A DNA stretch of 63,515 nt, filler included, from Intoshia linei (taxonomy: Eukaryota > Animalia > Orthonectida), in assembly GCA_001642005.1 (NCBI GenBank). It is 4 parts of 4 records of this genome, joined end to end, with 100 filler letters (N's around TTAATTAATTAA, not from the genome) between each part and the next. Parts side by side here need not be neighbours in the genome. Positions count along the whole stretch, not along the records: positions 1 to 25,140 come from LWCA01000537.1; positions 25,241 to 53,912 come from LWCA01000407.1; 2 more parts are not named here. One strand, written 5' to 3'. Positions 13,701-26,893 of this stretch are shown piece after piece (position 1 is the first letter of the stretch; each line of letters starts with the position of its first letter). The notes beneath the pieces are model-generated. The model worked only from the letters and a program-made list of their open reading frames with translations, had not been told where the DNA came from and did not search any database. The position numbers and the translations under genes were made by a program.

Positions 13701-16700
13701 GCCCAATAAAAAATATTAAGGAAATAAATAATTTTGCTGAGACATTCATATATGTGGGGTGTAATGGAATAATAAATGTAGTTCAAATTGTATGTAATGT
13801 AAACGGTTCCAATTCCGCCTGAAAAGTTAACTAAACTTAAAACTAACTAACGAATTTAATAAATATATTGCATAATATTTTACAAAAAATTTTAAAATTA
13901 ATTTTTTTTATTACTATTTTTCAGATTTTTATCCTCAAATCCCCATTCAGTATAGATCAATTTCAAACTTCATGGTCCTACAAATTTAATGAATCGCGTA
14001 TAAACTTTAAAATTAAAAGAAAAAATTTAATTTTTTATAAAATTGATAAATCTTATTTTAACTGCTAATTAGTTCAATTAACTAAATTCACAAAGTAACA
14101 AGTCACAAAAGTAACCAAATACAAATATAATAAAAATTCTTGCGAACAAGATCATGTATTTGAAATGTCATAATTGTTAGAATAAAACACCAAGAAACCT
14201 CTATACTATAAATTCTGTTTTTTCTGAATTTTTGGGTAAAATAGGGTTTTATTGTGAAGGATTTCTGATAAACTGTGATAACCATGGCATTATATATACT
14301 CACAAATGTTACATATACTATTTATACGCATGAATTCCACATCGTTACCACACCAATATTTTTTTATAAAGTTCATGTTCGTTTTTTAAAAATTAGTTTA
14401 AAATGCAAAAAGTCAAAAGTTTTTTTGAGAGTTAGACAATTTCAAGCACATCATCTTGTTCGCAATAAAAAGTTTCATCTTTCCCTGTTTGCTACTTTTA
14501 TATTGTTTAAAAAGAGTGTTTTAGGACACACCTTAATGTACAATGTACATATGATTAGATGTATTGTTTTGTAATGCATACCAACGTGGATAGCTCGACT
14601 GAGGGCTCATGTTTTCATCTCGTATTTTTTTAAAGTACATTTAAAATTGTAATATTGAAGTTTCTGTTGAAACTTTCAACTGATATGAATAGAATTGAAA
14701 ATAACGAATAAAATTAAGGTTTATCAATTTAATAAGTTAGATTGGTTAAATTTAGTTAAAAAGAAAATTTGGAGATGAAAAAAGTGTTACAATTAAACCC
14801 TATATAAATTTCAAGTAATTTCCCACTTAGTTTTTACTCCTTTCTAAATAATGGAATATTCAAACGTCTTATACCCAAAATATCCATATACACGGATTTT
14901 TGACATTATAACATACATTTTATAACTCTATTTTGCAAAAGTCTGGGACATTTTTTACATTATAACATTATTAATTGAATTGAATTGTAACGAACAGTGA
15001 AAAAATTAATGACTATTTGACTGAATTATTCCTTGGATCGAAAAAAATAGTATTACGAATTGTTTGTATGTTCTTGAAAACGTTGCATTCCACAAAAACA
15101 TACATCAATAATATTTTTTGAATCAAAAAATCATCACGGAACACTTTCCACCACCACACACTCTTAGTTACAATAAACTTCCAATGACTACATATTTAGT
15201 CATTTTACCCACGTCTGGTATCTCAAAACCTAAGAAATTTTGCACTTCTTTAAATAAACATATTTTAATCACACATCTCAAACATTACAATTTTTGACCT
15301 AGTATCAAGCGTATCGGTCACTAATGGGGAATCAAATTGTAAAAATAAAATTTTTATAATTTTCTCGAGAAATTACAAACTCTGCCCGCACTGAATAAAT
15401 CTCAATTAATTAAAATTTAAATTTGTGACAATAAAAGAGATAAATAATGAAAAATACATGTTCAAAATTGTTATTGACTCCATACAAAATACTGGTATTT
15501 CTATTTCCCTTGAAATATGCTTGAATATTCCAAATTCTTACTAAAAACATTAAAATATCATTACAATTTAAAACCTGTATTATCAAATGAAGATGTCACG
15601 AGTTTATCCCCACTTGGACTTAACTCCATACCACACACTGTGTCAGTATGCCCTTTCAAGGACATTGATTTTGCTTTACTTCTAACATCCCATACCTATT
15701 GAAAGAATTATTAAATTATTATAATAGAATTCACGCATATTATAATAAAATCAATTATTTTCATAAATTACATGAAGGTCGTTATCAATCCCACCAGAAT
15801 ATATTTTTGTAGCAATATTATTGAATGCAATTGAAGTTATTTGATATTTATTTTCTAAAGTCATTTGAGGATCACGTGTTCTATAGTCCCAGATTTTTAT
15901 GGTACCGTCATCAGATCCTATATTTAAACATAATATTTACAATTTATATGTAGTCTACCGGGTAGACAGAAGGTTGAACCAACTATGTTCTCCCACACAT
16001 AAATAAAATGACTGCGTTCCATGCTATCAAAAATTTTTCCATCATGGTAAACTGATCTACCTCCCTAAATACCATTTTAAAACATTGAATATAACCACTT
16101 TAATAAGGGAAACTTTCTCACATAAACTGAGTCAATCAATCAATTTGTGGGAATTAAGTTCAATATGTAGGACACAATGGTTTCTTCACTGTAAAAAAAT
16201 ACTAAAATTTAGTACCCTAACTTTTTCATTTTAATAAAAATATAAAAGAGTTTTCTAGAAACAAGCAATACATTAATTATTTTATGTACTATATTGTACC
16301 GTAAATGGCAATTACCTGAACACATGACAATAGGATGATTGCTACTAATATCGCAGGTATTTACAATATTGGTGTGATTTCTGTGTTTTCGGATTAATGT
16401 AAATTTAGTAGCATCCCACACACCAATTGACTTGTCCGTGGATGCAGTGTATATGTAGCTATATTTAAATTATTTTAAATTCTGAAATATCATTACTTGC
16501 CATCTCTAGATATCTTCATATCTAATATTGGCCCTTTATGGCCTCGTAAAGTAGCAAAAATTTCACAATCTTCATTAATTTGCCATAAATCTAATTAAAA
16601 CCTTAAAACAAAAATTAAACATGAATTTACAAAAAATAATTACAAAATGGGACAACTTAGCCCCGTTATTGCATTATGATAAGAAAATAGTATTATATAA

Positions 16701-19700
16701 AATTTACTGACAACTCTTTCGAATCCAGCAGACGCAATATATTCGCCATCTCCCGAAAATTTTCCACAATAAATTTCAGATTTATGCCCTTCTAAATACA
16801 TTGTAGTTTCTTTGAGACATGAAGTGCGTCCCTAAATAATATAGATTAGAAACACAGCTTTAATGTGCATTTATCTGTAATACCGACTCTGTATATGTTT
16901 AAGTATACACACGTGCAAACTATTACTACTAGAAAAATGTACGGGTAATTTAACAATACATTTTTAGCTATAACAAAATCTAATTTCTAGAAAACTTTCT
17001 AAATTATTATTACATTACTTCACATTAGCCTTTTTAGTTTAATATTAAAAATTTTTTCTATGGACTGGTAGTGGCACGCTAACGTGTATTCGTTATTACT
17101 TATGTATTGCAATATCACATATTACATACATTTATTTGATTTAGTTTGATAAAATTGATTTAAACCTGCCAGTTTCACTTAATTTTGTCCATATAGAACC
17201 CATAAATGTTATAAAATAAAAAAATTTACGACGCGTAAATCTTCACTTATCTTATTTCATACTATTAATACAAATCAATCATTTGTTATAAAATAGACGT
17301 AATTGATGTTTCCTATATACTAGTCATGTCAAGAAAATCCAATGTGTTAATTTTGAGATATTGTAAAATTATTTTCTAGTTTTTCTAATAAAAAAATTCT
17401 TACTCAACCTCGCAAAAATTATTGACACCAAATCTAAATTTTTTATCTATATGAGAGAAAATGAGTAAGATTTTTCGGCAAGTTTTAATATGGAATTAAC
17501 AATGTTCATTGGATAAAAAATAAGAATTCGTTATATTTTTCGTTTTATCAAGTGACTTTGCGGATTATTTTGTATTACTAATAATAATTTATTATAACCT
17601 TCTTAGTCATAAAAATTTATGATCATATCAAATTTAAATTAAATTATCTTTTATATATTAATTGATGGTACTAATAAAACCATGATATGTTTTGATCATA
17701 AAGTATACGTTAAATTATTTATTTAATTACAAAATTGATTGCTTACTTAAAATTATGCAATAGACGTAATAAAATGATATGGTTATAGTAAATTTGACTA
17801 ATTTGAAATGCATTCATTAGAACGTCATAATACTCTATCTTTTATCATAATACTTTGTATTTTACATGATCGAATTGATCGAATGAAAAGGCCGATAAAT
17901 GAAATGTTGCTACAAAAGTAAGTGTGTATTTTAAAACGAAAATACACCTTGTGCAATCGCTTCTATATACGGTATTCAACATACCAAACAAAAATATTAA
18001 AATTCACGCATCATGGAACATAAGTGATATAATGCTAATAAAAAATGTACCTTTTGAGTAGAATAGTTGCTAACGCTTTGATGGTTGTATTTTATCACTT
18101 CCATACTTTACTTGATATTATATCTAATTATCAATTATGAAAATTCTATTTCAACTTTGTTTATTGTGGTGTATTATTGTTATGGAAATAAAATTAAGAG
18201 AAATTATACTTTATTGTACATTTACTCATTTACATTATGATCACTAAAACAACCGAATCCAACAAAAGTTTTGTCCATCTTTTTATAAATTATTAAAATA
18301 CTGCACTCATTACTCTGTATCTTTACACCAAAAAAGATTTTTGTGACAATAATACTAAAGTAGTTTTATAAACACTGTTCAACGAATATTAACCGATTTA
18401 AATTTTTTTGAATGAATGCTTAAAATCAAAAAGGCATCCACGTGCAAAATGGGTTTTCTAATAAAAAAAATCACAAATGGACATTAGAGCTACGTTTTCA
18501 AGGGGCGTAATCAAAATTTAGGCTACAACAATATTATTAAAAATTTAAAATATTTTATTTCTATTTTGTTGAAAAAAATATTTGATAGAAGCATGCATTT
18601 TGCATTATGGGGATGTGAGCCTTCAAAATTTCAAGATATTATTGTGTTTTCCAACACAAAATCTTTCTAAAATCATAATAAATTCCACATAACAGTTCAA
18701 AGGATTAAGTTCTGTAAACAAAATATTGAGTAAAGATAGAAATAAAATCAATATATATAAGAGGAGATATTAAATTCATCAGTATCAAATTATCAAACTA
18801 ACCAGCATAAAACCAATAATTAAGGAGTTTTCACTCAATCAACATACACTAGGATCACAATAATAAATAAGAAAATAAATAAAAATTATTTACCCTTTTT
18901 TTCTTTATAATTCATTTTATAAAAATTTATTCATTTATCATGGTGCGTTGATTTATAAATTCATGAATTATGGTGTATTACCGTCGTTGGTTTAAAAAGG
19001 TTGAGACCCTTGCCCTACTGTACAATCACAGCTTATAATGCAATTCAAGAATGGGTGAATATTTTATTTACTTATTTATTTTTATAAAATATGTATTTAG
19101 TATCACACACATAATCGATTTTGCAGCAACAATTATAAGATTGAGTAATTATGATAAACCATTAGGTAATATGATCTATTCATGTAAACTCACATCTGGA
19201 ATCGTCTTTGAAAGGGTTTTTTTTATGTAAAAATGAACTAGAAACGGCCGCTCTCAGAGTAGAGTTAGTAAATTATAACAATTACACTTACTATAATGAT
19301 CATTATTTTAAAACCGCATGCGGCTCAAAGGCCACCAGTTCATAACCCATGCGTTTAATACTATGCATTGGATTTATATTTATTTTTATATCTGTCATAT
19401 TCTGTACTACTAAATAATTATTACACTTTATTAAAGACATTGATGGGTACGATTTATCTGACGTATTATCTAATGGAGCTGATTCACCTCGAAAGGATGT
19501 GGTTCTCAATATTGATTTAATAACTCCTTCTATTGCTGGAGCTGCCGGGATAAGGTAAATATGTATTTTTACGTATATATTATCAAGAGAATATTTCGTT
19601 TAGTACGGTTACAATATACACATTACATACAGTGTATTTCATTATTAAATTTAATCGTCATTCTTCTGGAATCACATACATGTACAATGTACAAATTTTA

Positions 19701-21187
19701 AATAATTTAACCACAATTTTTTGATAAATTGACAAGACTAACTACTGTTAGTAGTATATTAGAGTAGTAATAACATCTTATTATTTAGAATAGGGAAATG
19801 GAAATTATTAGAAGGTAGCCCTGGTTTGTTTGATGGATACAGTAGAGAAGATTCATATTCAATTCAACCTTTAAATAACCACATAAAAAATTACATGGAC
19901 ATTCATGGTTCCAATTCCAGTTTTTATGAATATGATGATACGAATAAACCACCACATTTACAATTATATAATCTTGAAAGTAATTTTTAAAATATTACAT
20001 AATATAGTGCAGCGTTAAACCGGGACGCGACATATTTTGTACTAATCCTTACTTACATAATTATATAATTATATGCTTTGCAATATTTGTTTGTGTGTGT
20101 TACCGTTTATTTCAATAACTACTAGTTTTATAATTTTATAAAGTAAACATTTCAATTAGTTTTTTCTGGGTTAGCAAAATAAATTTCAATTTTCCAAACT
20201 CACATCTTACAGGTAAAAGCCCAGTTGTTTTTTTTTGAAAATCAGACGAGTTGGAGAATTAAAAAAAACATACACTCTGATACGGATTTTAAAATTATAA
20301 ATATTACCATAAATTTATAGTTTAAAAAATATATATCTTCAGGGCCAAAACTATAAACAGCCTTTTTTTTTTGAAAACAGCCCTATAATTTAAAAAATTT
20401 ACAGGTTGTACAGTTGTATTTGTTAACACACACAAAAAATTTTAATAATGTGATATATGTGTATATATATATAATGTGTAATAATGTAAAATAATTAACA
20501 GTCCGAAAATTAAAAAAAAGATTTTCTGATAGAGCTTATTCCAGTTGATATAAATACAAAATTTCAATCCCAGAAATCTATGCATTCCCGGTGAAAAATA
20601 ATTTTTAATATATTATCAACCAATATTTTTCAAATATTTCGATTAAAATATCAATTGAAAATGTAAATATTGATCCTACAATTTTAAAAAAAATGTGCAT
20701 TGAACGTCTACACATTTTCAATAAATACATATGGTGAAAATCTATATAATTCATTCCTTCGCAATTTTTGAATATCAAATTCTCATTTTCAAAACATTTT
20801 GTTTAACATTTAAATTAAAACTACAACACCAAATTACTAAAAGTAATGCAACTTTGTTATTATCATTTTTATATGTATTACTGTAATGATTGTTATTAAG
20901 GATTTACAATACACGTTTAATAATAATAAGAAAATAATGTTTCAATGATTTAAATTTCACTTGATGTATAACTTAAATAAATTTAATTAGCTGATCCACG
21001 CGAACAAAACAATATGGCTGAAGAGTTTCCTAAAAAAGTGACAGAATTACAACAAGCACTAATAAAATACAAAAAACAATTTAAAATCCAAAAAACAATA
21101 AAAATTGATCCACGTGGGTACCCTGAAAATAACGGCGGAAATTGGATAACTGGTTGGTGCGATATAAACGAGGTCAATAAAATTTAA
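10764..21187 (+). CDS. Arylsulfatase B/I/J-like sulfatase, multi-exon, with a 6035-bp intron (13066-19100)
   Basis: N-terminal hydrophobic stretch, then KPHIFVILADDMGYNDIG, CTPSR formylglycine motif, GKWHLG, RGFD, PHTP, FISDNGG, NYPYRGSKLSLYEGGVR. After the large intron: ITHIIDFAAT, DIDGYD, IGKWKLL, LYNLExDPREQNNMA, WITGWC. Confidence 0.95.
15200..16831 (-). CDS. SNRNP40: U5 snRNP 40-kDa WD40 protein nested antisense in the sulfatase intron; both termini unresolved
   Basis: GRTSCLKETTMYLEGHKSEIYCGKFSGDGEYIASAGFER / ATLRGHKGPI / TASTDKSIGVWD / CSGSDDGTIKIWD / YSGGIDNDL / KGHTDTVCGMELSPSG / VRIWNIQAY...NNFEH, collinear with SNRNP40. Confident exons span 16831-15458. Confidence 0.9.
17845..18048 (-). 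pseudogene. Possible rhodopsin-class GPCR relic (TM2-TM3)
   Basis: TFFISIISLMFHDA*ILIFLFGMLNTVYRSDCTRCIFVLKYTLTFVATFHLSAFSFDQF resembles SLxxxD, a Cys at the TM3 start, and HLxAxSxDRF. Stops are present. Confidence 0.4.
20046..20860 (+). mobile_element. Non-autonomous Helitron-like repeat, 3'-truncated copy
   Basis: Starts A|TCCTTACTTA with a gtttgtgtgt tract; body shared with copies at 30560-31873, 37720-38690, 52058-53097 and 55211-56380. Confidence 0.75.
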
Positions 21188-21371
21188 CAAAAAAAATTAA
21201 TTATTTAAATAAAGCATTACAATTATCGTTAAATTATTTATTTTATTGCCCATTAAATTTTAATTTTAACTCCGCCCATATAATTACATTATTGTGCTAA
21301 ATTTATTGAAAATCAGATTTCAGTTAATTTTAATATTTAAATATTATTCATTCATATTCATTTATTTATTC

Positions 21372-24300
21372 ATGGAATTACACATATTGTTGCCTTTTTT
21401 AATTGTAATAATCAAAGGGTTAAATTATAAGAATTTGAATCCATGTTACGATCTAAAGGGTTACGCGAGATATTGTCAACCAAAATTTATAAATGTTGCA
21501 AAATACGGTGAAATTGAAACAACGAATCATTGTGGGTCTGAGAGTATGACGAGCATTTGCTATAATACTGGAAATGATATAGATTCAGACTTGACAAAAT
21601 GTTCAATTTGTACAAATGACACTTTTATTTCGACAGCCATCAATGATATTGAAACTGTAAGGAATAAAACCTGTTGGATATCTCAACCGTCAAAGGACAA
21701 TCAAAAACAAGTACAAGTATCGATAAAACTTGAAAAAAAATACGAAATTGCATTCATTATTATAGAATTTTGTTCAAAAAATGCCGATAGTTTCAGGATA
21801 TTAAAAAGCCACGATTATGAACAAAGTTGGACGTCTTATCAGTATTATTCTTCAAATTGTGATTTTTATCATAATCTTATCAATGAAAATTCATCTAGTA
21901 CCATTAAAGCCACGTGTAAAGAGTGGATGATGGGAAATCCTGTTTATAAAACTAGGTATGCTAGAAATGTTGATTCGATACTTTTAAAAGGAAATACCAA
22001 AGTCGCTTTTTCTACTGTTAAAGGAAAACAAAATATTTTACATTTTTCCAATAACCCCATTTTACAAGAATGGATGACAGTCACCAATTTAAAAATTATC
22101 TTCGATCGCGCGGTACATCCATTTTCAATTTATAAAAATAGCAATTATTTTTATGGAATTTCCAATATTATTATTGGTGGAAAGTGTAAATGCAATGGTC
22201 ATGCTTCCAAATGCATTTTAACAGAAAACGACAAAGTTACATGTCTATGTCAGCATAATACTTCTGGAAAGGAATGTCAAAAGTGCAGTCCATTCCATGT
22301 TGATCGGCCATGGATGCCTGCTACAGTTCATAATGCTAATGAATGCATCGGTATTTTTTAACATGTCTATTGTGCTATTTTAAGAAATTTATAATTTTAA
22401 TTTAACAGTTTTATGGTTTTTAGATGCCTAAGGCTTATTAACACCTGTATGTCAATTACTTTAAAATTTTAGCCTGTAAGTGCAACTTACATTCAAAAAC
22501 ATGTCAATTTGACCGGCAGTTTTACATTCAATCTGGCTTTAAAAGTGGGGCAGAATGCTTACATTGTCAGGATCATACTACTGGAAGGTTAAACTATTTT
22601 TATATTTTTAATGCATTATTTTTATCATTTCAATATTTTATTATGGGATTAATTTTGTAATATTAAAATGTAATATTTAAAAACAACTGATACATAATAT
22701 TAATTGAGATGTAAAGACAAATTTTGATAAATTACCCATCATTTTTTGTCTGAAAATTTATACCATCATATTTTTTTCAAATTAACCAACTCAATCAATA
22801 CATGTGGATATTAAATTACACTTTCAGTATCTTATTTTAAGTTATTAATCGACATTTCATGTTTCAATGTTTCATGGTCTTTTTAATTACATTATTCTTT
22901 GATATTTTTATATTTATATAAAAATCAATATTAATTTAGCAATTATTGTAGGATTGTTCATTTGATAACTTTTTTCTCATTTTTGATAGAAATAGACATC
23001 ATAAGATGAGACTATAAGTAATGATTAAACATGCCAATATGAACAAATAATTCGACTAAAGAAAAAGTAACACAACCTCGTGATGGAGGTTGACATATTT
23101 TTCAACACATAAGTTTTGTGTTTCAAATGTAAAGTTTTTGACCAGTGGTTCCCGATTGAAATAGTGTACGGACACACAGTTCAAAATAATTATTTTTTTT
23201 GGACCCCACAAAAAACATATATATAAAACATATACACATAAAATATAAAAAATTAATGAAAAAATTAAAAATATTTTCTCATAATATTTAGTAAAATCGT
23301 GATTTTCAAAAAAATATGGGCAAAAGAAAATTTTTATTTTTAATTATGGATTGGGAAGTTGTTGCTCATAATATTTGGTAAAATCGGATTTTTGAAAAAA
23401 ATTTTGGAAAAAAAAGATATTTCCTTTAGGTGTTAGTAAAATTGGATTTTTATTTTGAGGTTTGAATAAGGTGGATTTTTCAAAAAAATATCGGATATTT
23501 AATTTATATAATATTTAATTCCATTTTTTCCTGAGGGTTTGAAATGGTATTTTTCATTAAATTTTATTAATGGCGGAATAAAAGTGAGATTTTTGAAATA
23601 ATAATGTATAATAATAATAATATAATGTTAATAATAAATTCCCAACATCTGGCAACTATGTAATAAATATTAAAAATTTTTTTATAAAAATAAACAAAAG
23701 TTGATAAAAGACCCAAAGGATCCAGGGACCCCAATTGGGAACCACTGGTTTAGATCTTTTGATATGTATCTATGGTTATATAAAATAATGAATTGATTGA
23801 GAAATATTTTGTAGACATCCATTTTTATTTTCGGGGCTTCAGCTTGATAGTTTCGTTTCGGTATTTTTATATTTGTGTATTTGAAATGTAAATGAAATCT
23901 AGATATTGTCATGTATGTGAAAAAGGATACTATCGAGATTTTGCAAAGCCAATAATTGACCCACAAGCTTGCATTGGTAAAAATTAATTTTAATTATATA
24001 TTTTAATTTTAAAAATTTCACTATTTTTGTGACTACATGCAAAACTGTTAAAAAATAAGAATATAATAAAATAATTATCGCAGTTTTGCAATTTTATTGT
24101 AGTAATTTGGTTTTAGTGGAGCGAGAAATTTCAGTTACCGGTCTGCAGTGAATAAATTTTCTAAACCACTATCATAAATATGTTAATTATTACTATGATT
24201 TAACTGTAATGATCGATAATACGGTTTCTGATATTGATTATGCCAGTAAAATTTAAATGCATTTTTTTTGATTTTTTCCATTTCTGATTTTAAGTATTTA

Positions 24301-24783
24301 TCCAAAAAAAAAGATTGAAATCGGTTAATATTTACCCCCTCAAATGTAATTATTTAGATTCATACAAAAATATTTTAAAATTTATTTCTAGCTCATTTAT
24401 TTTGGTTTTTACGAAATTTATTTTGAGTTTATAATTAACTTGATCTATAGATTTTTGGGTTAATTATGATGAATTCAAAAATCATGTATGCTAGACGTAA
24501 TATTTTTTAGTGTAAAACCTGTCTACATTCCAGACAGAAAGATTGAATTGCACTTTTGCATATAATTATTATTATTATGAATTTATATATAATTATAAAA
24601 ATACAAAATAATATATATTGCGTTTATAATTAGATTGTAAATGCCATCCTGTTGGTTCAGAAAATGGTTTTTGCCATAATTTGAATGGCATATGCAAATG
24701 TAAAGAAGGTGTAACAGGAGAAAAATGCAATCAATGCGCTCCTGGATTTGAACAGAGTCGATCTAATCATGCGCCTTGCATTA
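21372..24783 (+). CDS. Netrin (signal peptide, laminin N-terminal domain, three laminin-EGF repeats); NTR/C345C exons not identified
   Basis: Exons 21372-22350, 22473-22587, 23903-23976, 24634-24783: PCYD..G.ARYCQPKFINVA, GKCKCNGHASKC, FHVDRPWMPAT..ANEC, CKCNLHSKTCQF, CEKGYYRD, CKCHPVGS, GFEQSRSNHAPCI. Confidence 0.93.
23143..23747. mobile_element. hAT-type MITE in a netrin intron
   Basis: TIRs cagtggttcccgattg / caattgggaaccactg. Confidence 0.8.
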
Positions 24784-25140
24784 GTAATGAATTTTATAAT
24801 TTATACAAATATAACGTTTTGATATGTCGAAGGAACTAATACAAAATATATTACAAAAAGTATCTCGTTTATATTTTTTATTATACGGTGTAGTAAATGT
24901 ATTGAAAATCAGTTTTAATTGTTCAGTTTTAAAGTAACCTAATGGCTATACAATTTAACGGAAGCCGGGTTAATTATTTTATTTTACTATGTATTATAAT
25001 CATGTTAATACGACATAATATATACACCGTCACCCCAGACGTATTTTTATTTTTCATTAATAAGATGATTTAGAATAATATAAATTTAGGAATAACTCGC
25101 AGTATCGGTAGACACGTTTCAAGTATATTTTTAAATATAA

Positions 25141-25240
25141 NNNNNNNNNNNNNNNNNNNNNNNNNNNNNNNNNNNNNNNNNNNNTTAATTAATTAANNNN
25201 NNNNNNNNNNNNNNNNNNNNNNNNNNNNNNNNNNNNNNNN
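25141..25240. other. Scaffold gap with TTAATTAATTAA linker (same at 53913-54012 and 57456-57555)
   Basis: 100-nt N blocks, each with an identical six-frame stop linker. Confidence 0.97.
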
Positions 25241-25242
25241 AA

Positions 25243-26419
25243 GTGGATAATATGACGATGCGTTGGTTGCTGTGTCTAGAGGAATTTATTTTCATGTCTG
25301 TATACCGATCAGGTGATAAAAATTTATCTGCTGACTTTTTATCCAGGATAACCCATTCCAACTCAGAGAAAATTAACTCAATGACTATAAACGACGATCC
25401 TTTAAATTTAAAATCACGTCAAGAAGAAGATCATTCTCTGCAAAAAGTATATAGACTATTGTCTATTGTAATACACAAAACTGTATTTTTCGTCCTATTG
25501 TTCCATCAATGATGATTAGGGATATTATTAAGAATTTCCATACATCTACACTCTATTGTCACCCGGGGAATAATATATTGTATCAATTGATATACCAAAA
25601 ATATTATATTCCCAATTTGCTTAAAAATATAAAAGAAGTGACTAATAATTGTTAAATAACTAAACATCAAACATACAAACGATTTAAGCCTTTAAAACCG
25701 GTAGAAACAAATCATTTTAATGAGGTTTGGCAGATTGATATCCTCGATCCGTTACCTGTAACAAACTCCGGAAATAAGTACATTATTAATATGGTAGACC
25801 ACTTTTCAAGTTATAGAAGATATCACTGCTGAAACAGTAGCAAATGCAATTTTTCTTCATATAATCTGCCGATACGGACCACTCCAACGGATTCAAAGCG
25901 ATCGCGGACGCCAATTTGAATCAAACATAGTGACGAAACTATCTAAAACCTTCAATTTCAATCACACATTGGCCAAACCCTAAATGCACAATGAAATTAG
26001 TAAGGTTGAAAGGAATAACCAAACAATCAAAGAAAAACTACGTGTGCAACTACTATGCAAGAAAATTAATAATAATTTCTCCGATTGGAACAAAAAAATC
26101 CCAAATATTCTCACCAGCATGAGATTCTTACCTGCATGTAGCACATTAAAATCGCCGATTGAAACAGTTTTCCACGGTGCTAAATTAGAAAACCATATCT
26201 ATTCTAAAATAAAAAGCTACCGCAATCTAATGAAAAAATTCCATGACACGAAGGTCAGAAAAAACTTTTCATTTCAATAATTACGAACCAAATCAACCAA
26301 TAAAATCAAAACAACAATCCCTCTTTAGAAATCGAAGACCTCATCGTCAAGTACAACGCCATCTAAATACCGTAACTTCACACTTGCAAGGGAGGTGTAG
26401 TAAACATATGTTTACTATA
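25243..26419 (+). mobile_element. Ty3/Gypsy LTR retrotransposon relic (RNase H end, integrase, PPT, short palindromic terminus)
   Basis: RWLLCLEEF..VYRSGDKNLSADFLSRI; HPG; VWQIDILDPLPVTNSGNKYIINMVDHFS; IQSDRGRQFES; VERNNQTIK; PPT aagggagg followed by TGTAGTAAA; frameshifts and stops. Confidence 0.9.
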
Positions 26420-26653
26420 GATGGTATCCATAGATTATTTAATTATTTGTTTTATCGTCTTGAATTAAAATTACTAAATCGTTTTTACATTTACATTTTA
26501 TTACAGAGTGTATTATAAAATATCTGCAAATCATGTTATCATTTATTAGTAAATTACAGACAAACAGTGTTTCAATAGAAACCATAAGTTTTTTACTAAG
26601 TTACGCGTAAGTCTCATTTTTAAATCAATTCATTAATATGGAATCTGATCTAT

Positions 26654-26803
26654 AACATAATCTGACTAATCTAGAAAATTCTATAAACCAATTTTGTTCA
26701 TAAAATTATAAATAAAATATTCATCAAAACATTCTTCAAAATTAAGTTATTTAAATTTAACAAAACTGGTTCATAGAATTTTCTAGATTAGTCAGATTAT
26801 GTT
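26654..26803. repeat. 150-bp hairpin / tiny foldback element
   Basis: 31-bp perfect inverted arms aacataatctgactaatctagaaaattctat / atagaattttctagattagtcagattatgtt, extending imperfectly inward. Confidence 0.9.
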
Positions 26804-26893
26804 TTTTTTATTAGTAGTCATATATTTCATAGTTTCATAGGCTGGGTTTCCATTGAAACCTCGTAATAGAAAGTAATTATTCTCGCACTGCAG

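Noticed and set aside
13868-14574. Hydrophobic F/I/K-rich ORFs
   Set aside because: Compositional artefacts of AT-rich intronic repeat DNA with an imperfect inverted repeat at ~14140/14460
18004-18006. In-frame TGA in the GPCR-like frame as recoding or an alternative genetic code
   Set aside because: Intact genes here use TGA, TAA and TAG as ordinary stops and the relic has other lesions
19303-19509. Short track ORFs such as 19303-19509, 20983-21177, 15517-15702, 2235-2426, 27650-27859, 36002-36184, 44210-44479, 56953-57168
   Set aside because: Antisense shadows of real exons or TE relics
21294-21371. N-terminal extension of the 355-aa netrin ORF
   Set aside because: Starts at GTG; the signal peptide begins at ATG 21372
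25141-25240. TTAATTAATTAA palindrome inside N runs (three times)
   Set aside because: Artificial scaffolding linker with stops in all frames
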